In this document: positions 27,326 through 36,151 of the stretch, one piece after another
How positions within the stretch are numbered: position 1 is the stretch's first letter
How the letters are laid out: every line of letters starts with the position of its first letter
Assembly: GCA_013166775.1 (NCBI GenBank)
Contig: JABLTJ010000001.1
Location: 130,237-194,236 of the forward strand
Length of the DNA: 64,000 nucleotides
Direction: 5' to 3'
From: Promethearchaeati archaeon
Lineage (GTDB): Archaea > Asgardarchaeota > Heimdallarchaeia > Heimdallarchaeales > Heimdallarchaeaceae
Made by a program: the position numbers and the translations under genes
The notes under the pieces: model-generated
The model's database searches: none
Told to the model about the DNA's origin: nothing
What the model saw: the letters and a program-made list of their open reading frames with translations, nothing else

Positions 27326-27955
27326 CTAATTTCCTCTGCGTTTGTGTCTTCTTAATGAAGGTCTGTTTTTCTCTGTTCCAAATCCTCTTTTATGGAGACC
27401 TCTTCCTTTTCTGCCTGAACTTGTTAAACCTCTATGTACTCTACCTCTATGAATAGGGTTTTTCATATAGAAAACATCGTCTCCTCTATACTCTTTAATG
27501 GAAACCCAGCTTGTTCTAGGATCTTTTGCGATAACAGGGTGCTGAGGATCTATTAGTATAATTTCGAAGAATTTACTTCTTCCATCTTGACCAACCCAAT
27601 AGGAGTTCAAAACTTCCATATTACTATACTTACGAGCAACTCTTTCCTCTGCAATCAACTTGATGCTTTTCTTAGGAGTTATTTTTCTCACACCAAGATT
27701 TCTAGATTTTCTTCCTCTTACTGGTCTTTGTTTTCTCCTTCCACCTCTTCGGACACGTGCACGAACAATTACATAACCTTGTTTTGCTCTATATCCAAGG
27801 GCTCGAGCTCTATCAAGTCGTGTGGGTTTCTCAACTCGTTCAATAGCTCCCTCTCTTCTCCACTGAATGACTCTCTCTCTCATCAAAGCTTTAAACTCAG
27901 GAGAATTGCGATTCCTCCAAAACTCTCCAATATATCTATACATACTTTTTGTCAT
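27326..27955 (-). CDS. rpl15e: 50S ribosomal protein L15e (eL15)
   Basis: [15 protein letters not shown]..., very basic, [22 protein letters not shown] at 27955 is preferred over the upstream GTG at 27964. Confidence 0.9.
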   Translation of the reverse strand: MTKSMYRYIGEFWRNRNSPEFKALMRERVIQWRREGAIERVEKPTRLDRARALGYRAKQGYVIVRARVRRGGRRKQRPVRGRKSRNLGVRKITPKKSIKLIAEERVARKYSNMEVLNSYWVGQDGRSKFFEIILIDPQHPVIAKDPRTSWVSIKEYRGDDVFYMKNPIHRGRVHRGLTSSGRKGRGLHKRGFGTEKNRPSLRRHKRRGN

Positions 27956-28125
27956 CTTAATCACCGAACGATTCCTTTCGACATCTCGTTGGTTAATCTC
28001 CCAAACAAAGTATTAGTTTTAAAATTTCCTATTTTGTTGTTTTTCTAGGAAGAAGTCATTTGAAATCCATCCGGGAGTTTTTTGATTGGTTTTTATATCA
28101 AGAACACTACTATTATTGAGTTTAA

Positions 28126-29298
28126 GTGCCTAGTATCCTAGAAAAACTTCGAATATTAGGAGAAGCAGCTAAATACGACTTATGCGCATCGACGGCTTCT
28201 CCAAGGGCTCATACTCCTGGTTCAATAGGTAGAGCTGTTGCTTCTGGTGTCTGCCACTCATTTCTTCCAGACGGACGATGCATTAGTCTACTCAAGGTGT
28301 TAATTACAAATCAATGTATACACGATTGTGTTTACTGTGTAAATTCAACTTCAAACATGAAGGGAAAGAAGAGAGTCTCTACTTCTTTCAATCCAGAGGA
28401 ATTGGCACAGTTAACTATTGGATTTTATTTAAGAAATTATATAGAAGGACTGTTTATTAGTTCTGGAGTAGGAAAAAGTGCTGAATGTCAAGCAGAAATT
28501 ATGCATGAAACACTAGAACTTCTCCGATTAAAATATAGATTTGATGGCTATATACATGCAAAAGTTTTACCTGGAATAAACTTAGATAATCTCAAACGCA
28601 TAACAGAGCTAGCTGACAGAGTGAGTATAAATGTTGAACTTCCAAATAAAACCCGTTTTGCAGAAACATGTTCAACCAAAGATTTTCAAAATGATATAAT
28701 CAGAGTAACAAAATGGCTACCTGATCTACAATCTCGAGGACATATTCCCGCAGGATATACTACTCAATATGTAATAGGAGCTGCATCTGAAACTGACAAA
28801 GAGATACTTGAACGTATCTTTGAATTTTATACAACAAACTGGGATTTCAAAAGACAATACTACTCTACTTGCCTTCCAATAGATAGTAAGCAAAAATCTT
28901 TTCCTCGTTCATTCTTTCAAAGAGAACATAGACTTTACCAGATAGATTGGTTACGAAGAATCTATAAATTTACTTCAAAGGAACTTATTTCAATTGTTAA
29001 TGACGAAGGATTCATTCCACTAAAGGAAGATCCAAAAATAACTTTAGCGAGGAGAAATCGCGATTTATTTCCAATTGATATCAATGATTGCGAATATATG
29101 GATTTAATGAAAGTTCCAGGAATTGGTCACCTCTCGGCAACTAGAATTGTTAAATTACAGAATCAAGGAGTAAAAATTACAAAGACACAGCAATTAAAAT
29201 CAATTGGGATTGTTCTCAAGAGAGCTCTTCCATTTTTGACAATAGGAGAAAAAACTCAGTTAACACTAGATAATTTTACAAGAACAATAAGGAAGTGA
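28126..29298 (+). CDS. putative DNA modification/repair radical SAM protein
   Basis: CX3CX2C (CIHDCVYC); C-terminal helix-hairpin-helix VPGIGHLSATRIV; paired with the following DUF4130-like gene as in the bacterial two-gene cassette. GTG start. Confidence 0.8.
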   Translation: MPSILEKLRILGEAAKYDLCASTASPRAHTPGSIGRAVASGVCHSFLPDGRCISLLKVLITNQCIHDCVYCVNSTSNMKGKKRVSTSFNPEELAQLTIGFYLRNYIEGLFISSGVGKSAECQAEIMHETLELLRLKYRFDGYIHAKVLPGINLDNLKRITELADRVSINVELPNKTRFAETCSTKDFQNDIIRVTKWLPDLQSRGHIPAGYTTQYVIGAASETDKEILERIFEFYTTNWDFKRQYYSTCLPIDSKQKSFPRSFFQREHRLYQIDWLRRIYKFTSKELISIVNDEGFIPLKEDPKITLARRNRDLFPIDINDCEYMDLMKVPGIGHLSATRIVKLQNQGVKITKTQQLKSIGIVLKRALPFLTIGEKTQLTLDNFTRTIRK

Positions 29299-29996
29299 AG
29301 AAAACGTCATTTATATGTGATCACTCAGCTAAAGAATATTTTCAAGCAGCATGCTTGCACACAAAAACAACTGAGGATTTTATAATCAAAGCTAATGAAT
29401 TATACCGATCAAATCCTCATGAGATAACAACAGGATGCACCATATTTGGTAAACTAATCAAAAGAAGAGCAAACTCTGTTCTACGTGAAATTCATCATTT
29501 ATCAGCTTATATAAGATTAAAACCATTCCCAGAAATGCTTCTTGTAGGAAAATGCCGTCCTGATCATAAAACAGGACATTTAATAGCTAAATCTCTAGCA
29601 AGAAGATTTGGTAATTTCATTATTGTAGTTATCACTCCAAGTAATAATTATCTTGCTACTGAGAGATTAGATATCGCTAACATTCCTGAATTTAAAGAAC
29701 ATAATAAAAAGAATCTAATTGATCAGGTACGTGAATTTGCAGATAAAACTCTTACTGAACGAATACCTGAAGAATTTTTACTTGATGATGGTGATTTTCT
29801 CTGGGAACAATACTATGAAACACAGTTCTTGGAACAGAGACTGAATACACGATTGTTTCATCGATTCATTCCAAAGTATGTAATGAAAAAAGCCAATATG
29901 GATATTGAGAAGAAATTCTCTGAAGAAGTTTTGGAAAAACCTGAAGAGACAAAAACACTTGATAGTTTTTTCAAAAAGAATGCAATAGTAAAATGA
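29295..29996 (+). CDS. DUF4130-domain partner of the radical SAM DNA repair protein
   Basis: SVLREIHHLSAYIRLKPFPEMLLVGKCRPDHKTGHLIAKSLARRFGNF resembles the DUF4130/TIGR03915 core. Its GTG overlaps the upstream TGA (GTGA). Confidence 0.7.
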   Translation: MKKTSFICDHSAKEYFQAACLHTKTTEDFIIKANELYRSNPHEITTGCTIFGKLIKRRANSVLREIHHLSAYIRLKPFPEMLLVGKCRPDHKTGHLIAKSLARRFGNFIIVVITPSNNYLATERLDIANIPEFKEHNKKNLIDQVREFADKTLTERIPEEFLLDDGDFLWEQYYETQFLEQRLNTRLFHRFIPKYVMKKANMDIEKKFSEEVLEKPEETKTLDSFFKKNAIVK

Positions 29997-30052
29997 TTAT
30001 AAGTCAGAAAGAAAACTTCAAAAGCCATAGTACGGACTGATTTTTGGTTACT

Positions 30053-30478
30053 ATGTCATCTTTTGGTATATATCAAATTGGAACTGTAAAAATTGAACAA
30101 GAAGCGTGCTATATAGAGATTCATCAATCTTATCTTTCCGGGTTAAGACATATTGAGAATTTTAGTCATATCTTTGTTTTATGGTGGATTTCTATGAGAG
30201 ACAATCCTCAAGATAGATTACAATTATTAGCATATCCTCCAAAATTAGAGAAAGAAATAGAAACAGGGGTATTTTCATGTAGGAGTCCCTCTAGGCCAAA
30301 TCCTATCGGATTGACAAAAGTTAAACTGATTAAAGTAGAAAATGACCGACTTTACATTGATAGAATTGATGCAATTGATGGAACTCCTGTAGTTGATATT
30401 AAACCATATTTGCCAGGAGACACAACTAAAGTTGCAGAATTAAGACTTCCCGAATGGTTTAATCATCTAAAAGAATAA
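30053..30478 (+). CDS. trmO: tRNA (t6A37-N6)-methyltransferase TrmO (TsaA/YaeB family)
   Basis: RSPSRPNPIGLTKVKL...IDAIDGTPVVDIKPY is the TsaA-like signature. Confidence 0.85.
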   Translation: MSSFGIYQIGTVKIEQEACYIEIHQSYLSGLRHIENFSHIFVLWWISMRDNPQDRLQLLAYPPKLEKEIETGVFSCRSPSRPNPIGLTKVKLIKVENDRLYIDRIDAIDGTPVVDIKPYLPGDTTKVAELRLPEWFNHLKE

Positions 30479-30576
30479 ATGTGATAAACCTAATTTTTCA
30501 CTTCTTTTATTTTTTTATATTTTATTTTTCCTTTATTGAAGAAAATTTTGTACTACAAAAATCAAACTAGAGTATT

Positions 30577-32439
30577 TTAAGCAGGAACAAAGTACTTTCC
30601 TTCTGCTTTTTGCTTTTTGTCTAATTGGGAATCCTTTTTGTTAACTCTGGGTCTAAGTGTTCTTGGATCTTGTCTGAAAGTTATATCCATTTTTCTAAGA
30701 AAAGCATTCATTCCATATTGCATCGACCCTATTGAACTGCTACGACCCTTTACACTAGGATGTCCATCAAAAATAATTAATCTGTCTGAAGTGAAATTAA
30801 GCATCATAACATCATGCTCTACAACCAAAGCAGGCATCTCATAGTGAGAGACAACTCTCTTAATTACTTTCGCAACATTCACTCTATCTTCAGATGAGAT
30901 ATATGCTGAAGGTTCATCAAGAAGATAAAGGTGAGCTTTTCTACCCAAACAAGCTGCTATAGATACTTTCTGAAGTTCTCCTCCTGAAAGATCCCTTAAT
31001 TGTGAATCCAATAGTTTGGAAAATTTAAGTGGTTCAATTATCTCTGTTTTATGCCAACCACTAGATAGTATTACGGGATTTATCTTTCTTAGATATTCCT
31101 CTACTGTCTGTTCTGATTCAGTGTAAAGATATTGAGGTTTGTGACTAACCCTGAAGGAACCAATTTTCTCTTCTTCCTCTCTTCTTTCAGAGTCTTCTTC
31201 CCTCTTTGTAGCGATATCTACTAAAAGTTCTACAGGTTCCGAAATTGTTGTTGGCTCAAGAACGCCAGCGAGCATCTTTACAAAAGTTGTTTTTCCTATT
31301 CCATTTGGTCCAATTATACCTACTACTTCTCCTTTATAGAGCTCCCCTCCTTTGGTAGATAATTCGAAACCATTGAATTTTTTTGTCATTTCACCATATC
31401 GTAGAGCTAATCTATGTGATATAGCTTTATCTTCCATGCTAGTTTTTTTGAAAATAATTGGTTGTGGTCTAAATCGCATATTTTCTGATGGAATATAGCC
31501 ATCAAGAAAAACATTTATTCCTTCTCTTACAGCATGTGGATGGCTAACGATTCCATAAACTCCTGCTGCTCCATAGTAGATGAATATTTGATCACTCAGA
31601 TAATCAAGCATTGCAAGATCGTGTTCGACCACAATTAATGTGTGATTAGGTGATTTCATATCGTTAAGATATTGTGAAATTTTCACTCTTTCTTGAACAT
31701 CTAAGTAAGATGTAGGCTCATCAAATAAATATACCTCTGCATCACGAACAATAGTTGCTGCTATTGCAAACCTTTGCAACTCTCCTCCACTTAGTTTCGA
31801 GATATCTCTGTCCCATACTTTTTCCAAAGAAAAAATATCCTTTACCTCATTCTTTAAACCTTTTTCATCCACTTTATTAATAAGATCAGAAACATTCCCT
31901 TTGACAATTTTAGGCAATTTATCAACATTTTGTGGTTTTAGGATAGTCCTTAATTCTTTATGTGCTAATCTCTCAAAGTAGTTTTGAATTTCCTTTCCTC
32001 TGAAATGTTCTAATATTTCATCCCATTCGGGGGGTGAATCATATTTTCCCAAATTAGGTGAGAAATTCCCTTGTAAGATGTTTAAGGTGGTTGTTTTTCC
32101 TGAACCATTTTGTCCAACCAATCCCGTAACCTGTCCTAATTTTGGCATTGGTAATCTATGAAGTTTAAAACCATTAACGCTATACCTATGAGTTACTTCT
32201 TTATCTAGCTCTTCAGGTAAGTTGACTACAGTTATGCAATGAAAAGGGCATTTCTTAACACAAATTCCAACACCTTCGCAGAGAGGTTCATGGATAACAG
32301 CTTTATTGCTAGGGGGTTCGAATGAGATTGTTTCTCTCCCTGCTCTGACAGTAGGACATACTTTGTAGCATAATTTTCCACATTTGTCAGGTCTGCATTT
32401 CTCTTGATTTATCACTGCAACTCTAGTCATTAAATCCAT
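30577..32439 (-). CDS. abce1: ABCE1 / RNase L inhibitor-type ribosome recycling ATPase
   Basis: N-terminal 2x[4Fe-4S] domain (CRPDKCGKLCYKVCP, CEGVGICVKKCP) followed by two ABC cassettes (GQNGSGKTT/LSGGELQR, GPNGIGKTT/LSGGELQK). Contains a ~20-aa acidic insertion (KREEDSERREEEEK). Confidence 0.95.
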   Translation of the reverse strand: MDLMTRVAVINQEKCRPDKCGKLCYKVCPTVRAGRETISFEPPSNKAVIHEPLCEGVGICVKKCPFHCITVVNLPEELDKEVTHRYSVNGFKLHRLPMPKLGQVTGLVGQNGSGKTTTLNILQGNFSPNLGKYDSPPEWDEILEHFRGKEIQNYFERLAHKELRTILKPQNVDKLPKIVKGNVSDLINKVDEKGLKNEVKDIFSLEKVWDRDISKLSGGELQRFAIAATIVRDAEVYLFDEPTSYLDVQERVKISQYLNDMKSPNHTLIVVEHDLAMLDYLSDQIFIYYGAAGVYGIVSHPHAVREGINVFLDGYIPSENMRFRPQPIIFKKTSMEDKAISHRLALRYGEMTKKFNGFELSTKGGELYKGEVVGIIGPNGIGKTTFVKMLAGVLEPTTISEPVELLVDIATKREEDSERREEEEKIGSFRVSHKPQYLYTESEQTVEEYLRKINPVILSSGWHKTEIIEPLKFSKLLDSQLRDLSGGELQKVSIAACLGRKAHLYLLDEPSAYISSEDRVNVAKVIKRVVSHYEMPALVVEHDVMMLNFTSDRLIIFDGHPSVKGRSSSIGSMQYGMNAFLRKMDITFRQDPRTLRPRVNKKDSQLDKKQKAEGKYFVPA

Positions 32440-32547
32440 GAACAAATGTTAATATAAAAATCTAGAGTTGTTGAATTTAGTTATACTAGAAAAGGAATCT
32501 ATAAATAGAACGCTGTGAAATACTTACAAGAAAGGTGTTAGGATATC

Positions 32548-33204
32548 ATGATAGTTCCAGATAGCGTCTTAGCAAAAGAATATAGTCTTGTGATGGAAAG
32601 AGCTTATGCATTTGAACCTATCGCAGGGGATTTAACTAAATGGAGAGGTTTTGTTCCCGCAATTTCAGATGAAGGTGAAATTTTAGTAGAAATTGAAATC
32701 TATCTAACAGATTCATTTCCAGAAACTCCACCACAAGTGAAAATTATTACCCCTATCACACATCCAAATTTAACACATGATAATTTTTTAGAAATGAGAA
32801 TGCTTGCTAGATGGAGATCAAGTTATCACCTTTTTCAAGTGATTGTGGAAACAATTAGGCTATTTTCGAAAGTTCCTGCAAAAATGATTAAGACAGACGC
32901 AGAAACGATTGATCCTCAGAATCAACTTACACCCTTGACAAAACAAAAGGAACAATTGACAATTATTCTCGAAGAAAGGAAGAGAGAATTAAACGAAATA
33001 TCATCAAAAAAACCAAGCCAAGTAAGCAACAAAATATTACAACAAGAGAAACTAAAACATATTGACGATGAAATACTGAATGTAGAAAGTGAAATCTTTG
33101 CAATAGAACAACAATTTGAAGATTATGAAATTTCTAGTATAGAATTCGCTAAGAAATTCTATACTCTTAAGAAAAGATTATTTCTTTTAGAAGCTAAATC
33201 ATAG
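32548..33204 (+). CDS. UEV (inactive E2 variant) + coiled coil + steadiness-box-like C-terminus; Vps23/TSG101-like ESCRT-I candidate
   Basis: UBC-fold signature LTKWRGFV...FPETPPQVKIITPITHPNL (HPN at 32761-32769), with Glu82 at the position of the catalytic Cys. Residues ~115-190 are heptad-rich. The C-terminal EISSIEFAKKFYTLKKRLFLLEA resembles TSG101 VIDLDVFLKHVRLLSRKQFQLRA. Confidence 0.7.
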   Translation: MIVPDSVLAKEYSLVMERAYAFEPIAGDLTKWRGFVPAISDEGEILVEIEIYLTDSFPETPPQVKIITPITHPNLTHDNFLEMRMLARWRSSYHLFQVIVETIRLFSKVPAKMIKTDAETIDPQNQLTPLTKQKEQLTIILEERKRELNEISSKKPSQVSNKILQQEKLKHIDDEILNVESEIFAIEQQFEDYEISSIEFAKKFYTLKKRLFLLEAKS

Positions 33205-33210
33205 TTCGAT

Positions 33211-33504
33211 TCATGCAGCACTACTTTTTTCGCTTTTGGTTTTCTTTTCCGTTTTCATTAGTCTCTTAGTAATGATATACCAAACAAATAACCAAATCCC
33301 TACAAACAACAAACCCAATCCTACTTTAATAGCAGCAAGTAAGAAATTTATACCTGGTTTGGTGGGAACTTCAGGAATAATAACAATAAACGCATTAATA
33401 ATAAAACAGATTCCTATAAATGAAGCAAATACAAATGCTTCAAGTCCAATGACTTTTGATATTCTACTTACGATTTTATTATATCTCATTATATCACCAA
33501 CCAT
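33211..33504 (-). CDS. small membrane protein (2-3 TM helices)
   Basis: 97 aa, hydrophobic core, Lys-rich tail. Overlaps the 3' end of the upstream glycosyltransferase gene. Confidence 0.5.
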   Translation of the reverse strand: MVGDIMRYNKIVSRISKVIGLEAFVFASFIGICFIINAFIVIIPEVPTKPGINFLLAAIKVGLGLLFVGIWLFVWYIITKRLMKTEKKTKSEKSSAA

Positions 33505-34517
33505 ATCAGAACCGCTGTTATTAAAGCGAATATCCCACTAATAAAGGTGAGAATACTGAAGCTTTTAACAACATCTTTCTCATGTAGAGGTTCTTTTTGA
33601 ATAACCAATCCAACAAGTGTGATAGGAGCTTTCGAATCTCCTGTGGATTGTATTTTCCAATCATCAGTCATTTTTGTAGGCCTTGCCATGTCTCTTCTTT
33701 CCATCAACCCTCTAACACTACTAATTATACCGAAAGAATTCATAATAAAAGGTATCATAGCAATAATCACAACTACTTCAAGCTGTCCAAGTACTGCTAT
33801 AACTCCTAGTGATGCACCAACTGCTAAACTCCCTGTATCGCCAGCAAAAACTTTGGCTGGATAACGGTTGAAAAACCAGAACGCAATTAAAGTTGCTATC
33901 ATCATTAAGATGAAAACATAAGTCAAATCAAGATTTTGGATTCCCCCTCTAAAAATTATCATATTGGCAAAGAATACTGCTACTAGTACTAAAATAGTAG
34001 CTAATGCCATTGAGCCATTGAATACATCTAACATATTAACTGCATTTGAAGGAACAGCTATGATGAAAGGTAATAGTACATAGTATACTATTGTCAATCT
34101 TGTTTTTCCTACAAATGGTAAGATGGGTTCTGGTGAAAACATTCCTGATGCAATAATTGGTATAGCTGCTAATAGAAGCAATAACGGTTTTAGTATTGCA
34201 CTAAGTTTAATTATATCATCAATGATTCCTATGATTCCTGCTATCATTACTGTTATACAGAATATTCCTATTTTGAGTCTATCTGCGTTATTATCAACCA
34301 ACAGGATTCCTACTATGGATGTAAGAATTATGGATAAGAGAATTATTATTCCACCCATTTCTGCTACTTTCGGTTTACTCTTTTTATGAATATCAATTCC
34401 AAAAATCCCTTTCTTTAGCATAAACCTTATGTGAAAAGGTAATCCAATGAATGTGAGAATTAAAGGCATAAAAAATGTTACAACATAGATTGCAATAGGA
34501 GGAATTGAAATTGCCAT
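33489..34517 (-). CDS. aglH: UDP-HexNAc:polyprenol-phosphate HexNAc-1-phosphate transferase (GT4/MraY-WecA-Alg7 family, AglH-like)
   Basis: About 10 TM helices; NAVNMLDVFNG and GDTGSLAVG motifs of the polyprenyl-phosphate GlcNAc-1-P transferase family. Confidence 0.85.
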   Translation of the reverse strand: MAISIPPIAIYVVTFFMPLILTFIGLPFHIRFMLKKGIFGIDIHKKSKPKVAEMGGIIILLSIILTSIVGILLVDNNADRLKIGIFCITVMIAGIIGIIDDIIKLSAILKPLLLLLAAIPIIASGMFSPEPILPFVGKTRLTIVYYVLLPFIIAVPSNAVNMLDVFNGSMALATILVLVAVFFANMIIFRGGIQNLDLTYVFILMMIATLIAFWFFNRYPAKVFAGDTGSLAVGASLGVIAVLGQLEVVVIIAMIPFIMNSFGIISSVRGLMERRDMARPTKMTDDWKIQSTGDSKAPITLVGLVIQKEPLHEKDVVKSFSILTFISGIFALITAVLIWLVI

Positions 34518-34565
34518 TAAGCGAATCTTTGAGAACTATATTTGAAATTTCCGATTGTTGGAACT

Positions 34566-35423
34566 TTAAAGATCTTCTAGTTTCTTCAAAGCTTTAAGAA
34601 GTTCTGCTTTATCACCGCTAACCGCTTCACCAAAAATCTCCGCTGATTTTCCTTCTTCTGGTACTGTGGGTTCTTCTTCAGTCTTAAGAACGGAAGGTTG
34701 AATTTCTGCAGCATCTGTGGTTACTTCTTTCTTTGGAGGCATAGGTATGCTTCCACTTACCTGTTTAGAAATGGGGCTTACGTCTCTTTCAACCGCTTCT
34801 GTGACTTGTGTTGCAGGTTTAGGCGCAGGTGGTGGTGGTGCTGGGACTTCAGTAGGGGTGACAGTAGGTGCAACCTTAGGAAGTTCTACTTCCTCAATTT
34901 TCTGTGTTGGAGGTGCTGAAGGAATTTCTGCGCTTGGAACTGGAATAGATTCAGGTATAGGTGGTACGGGAATTGATGTTATTTCCTTCTCAGGAGCTTC
35001 TGTAGGAATTTCAAATTCAGCAACTGCTTCTGCTTCTTCGATTGCTGGAACAGGTTCCGGTGCTACCGACGGAGCTTCTGCAGCTATATCCTTTATTGCT
35101 TGAACATCTGTAGGTTCCACTACAGTTTCATCCTGAACACTTTTTGTTGCTTCTATTAGCAGTATTCGTTCATTTAAGCTATCCATTCTTTTTGTTAATT
35201 GTTCTATTTTGTTAACTAAACCTGTTGCATCTGCTGGTACAGCTTGAGTAGATGTACTTTGTCCAGCTTGAGCTTCTAGTATGTCCAATCTTTCCTTTAA
35301 TGATACTACGACATTATCGTAATCTTTGAAACGATCTTGAACTGCTGAAACAATGCTTTCAACCATGTTCTTTACCATGTTAATGGATCCAACAAGTGAT
35401 TTGAATTCATCTTTCTTTGACAT
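34566..35423 (-). CDS. coiled-coil N-terminus + long Pro/Glu/Ala/Val-rich low-complexity region; contains a PSAP motif
   Basis: ATG at 35423 (MSKKDEF...). Helical N-terminal 110 aa. The low-complexity segment is encoded by ~34659-35078. PSAP is encoded at 34911-34922. The C-terminal amphipathic helix reads DKAELLKALKKLEDL. Confidence 0.7.
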   Translation of the reverse strand: MSKKDEFKSLVGSINMVKNMVESIVSAVQDRFKDYDNVVVSLKERLDILEAQAGQSTSTQAVPADATGLVNKIEQLTKRMDSLNERILLIEATKSVQDETVVEPTDVQAIKDIAAEAPSVAPEPVPAIEEAEAVAEFEIPTEAPEKEITSIPVPPIPESIPVPSAEIPSAPPTQKIEEVELPKVAPTVTPTEVPAPPPPAPKPATQVTEAVERDVSPISKQVSGSIPMPPKKEVTTDAAEIQPSVLKTEEEPTVPEEGKSAEIFGEAVSGDKAELLKALKKLEDL

Positions 35424-35492
35424 CTTGAATCTACACCTTACTATTATAATATGAGAATATAAAATCATTGCTAAAGGCTAGAAAGCGATTTC

Positions 35493-36020
35493 TCATGATC
35501 TCAGATTGTCCTTAATCTGTTTCGAGATTATTTGTTGTATCCAATCGCGATTTGTTCTATCAATGTTGTAAAGTTTTACATCTGATCTGGTTTTGATTTC
35601 CTTTGTAAAAGAATTATCTCTCATCATAATTGTTCCAAACACTTTTTGTTCTTCTAAGCTATTTAACAAGAATTTTTTAAAATTCAGTGAGAACAATTCC
35701 ATTTTACCAATTTCATCTATAACAATCATACTATAAGATTTCTTTCTGCCTTCTTCTTCCAAAATCTCAACAATAAAATCAACATTCTCCACAAAAACAC
35801 AATATTTTCCTACTTTATGTTTGCAAATTTTTTCTTCTTTTGATGCTAATAACTTACTTACTCCAGTTAAAGTTTCAATAGTAAATCCGTGTCGACTACT
35901 CCCTTCTCGTAACTCTTTTGTCACAAATCCAATTGCACTTATTTTAAGTGCTTTCAAGATTTGAGTTATGAGAGTAGTTTTTCCGATCCCTGGTAAACCA
36001 GTAATTAGAATATTGTTCAT
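35493..36020 (-). CDS. nucleoside-triphosphatase, THEP1 family (COG1618)
   Basis: MNNILITGLPGIGKTTLI (P-loop), VIDEIGKMEL (Walker B); 175 aa. Confidence 0.85.
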   Translation of the reverse strand: MNNILITGLPGIGKTTLITQILKALKISAIGFVTKELREGSSRHGFTIETLTGVSKLLASKEEKICKHKVGKYCVFVENVDFIVEILEEEGRKKSYSMIVIDEIGKMELFSLNFKKFLLNSLEEQKVFGTIMMRDNSFTKEIKTRSDVKLYNIDRTNRDWIQQIISKQIKDNLRS

Positions 36021-36151
36021 AAGTTATCCACGCCAGTATTGTGATTCTTTAAGAATTTCTTTATCTCAAACTTAAAAAGTCTTATAAATCTGGCACTTTA
36101 ACTATCAATAAAACTGAACAATATTTACTAAATTACAAAAGTGTGATTGCT

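Noticed and set aside
27587-28048. 153-aa + strand ORF
   Set aside because: It is antisense to rpl15e, with Ser/Leu/Phe-rich shadow composition.
33597-34389. Several + strand ORFs (70-88 aa)
   Set aside because: They are antisense shadows within the well-supported GlcNAc-1-P transferase gene.
34698-35103. Gly/Ser/Ala-rich + strand ORFs (73 and 128 aa)
   Set aside because: They are antisense to the proline-rich segment of the 34566-35423 gene; CCN codons read as GGN on the opposite strand. The minus-strand gene has a proper start, an N-terminal domain and operon context.
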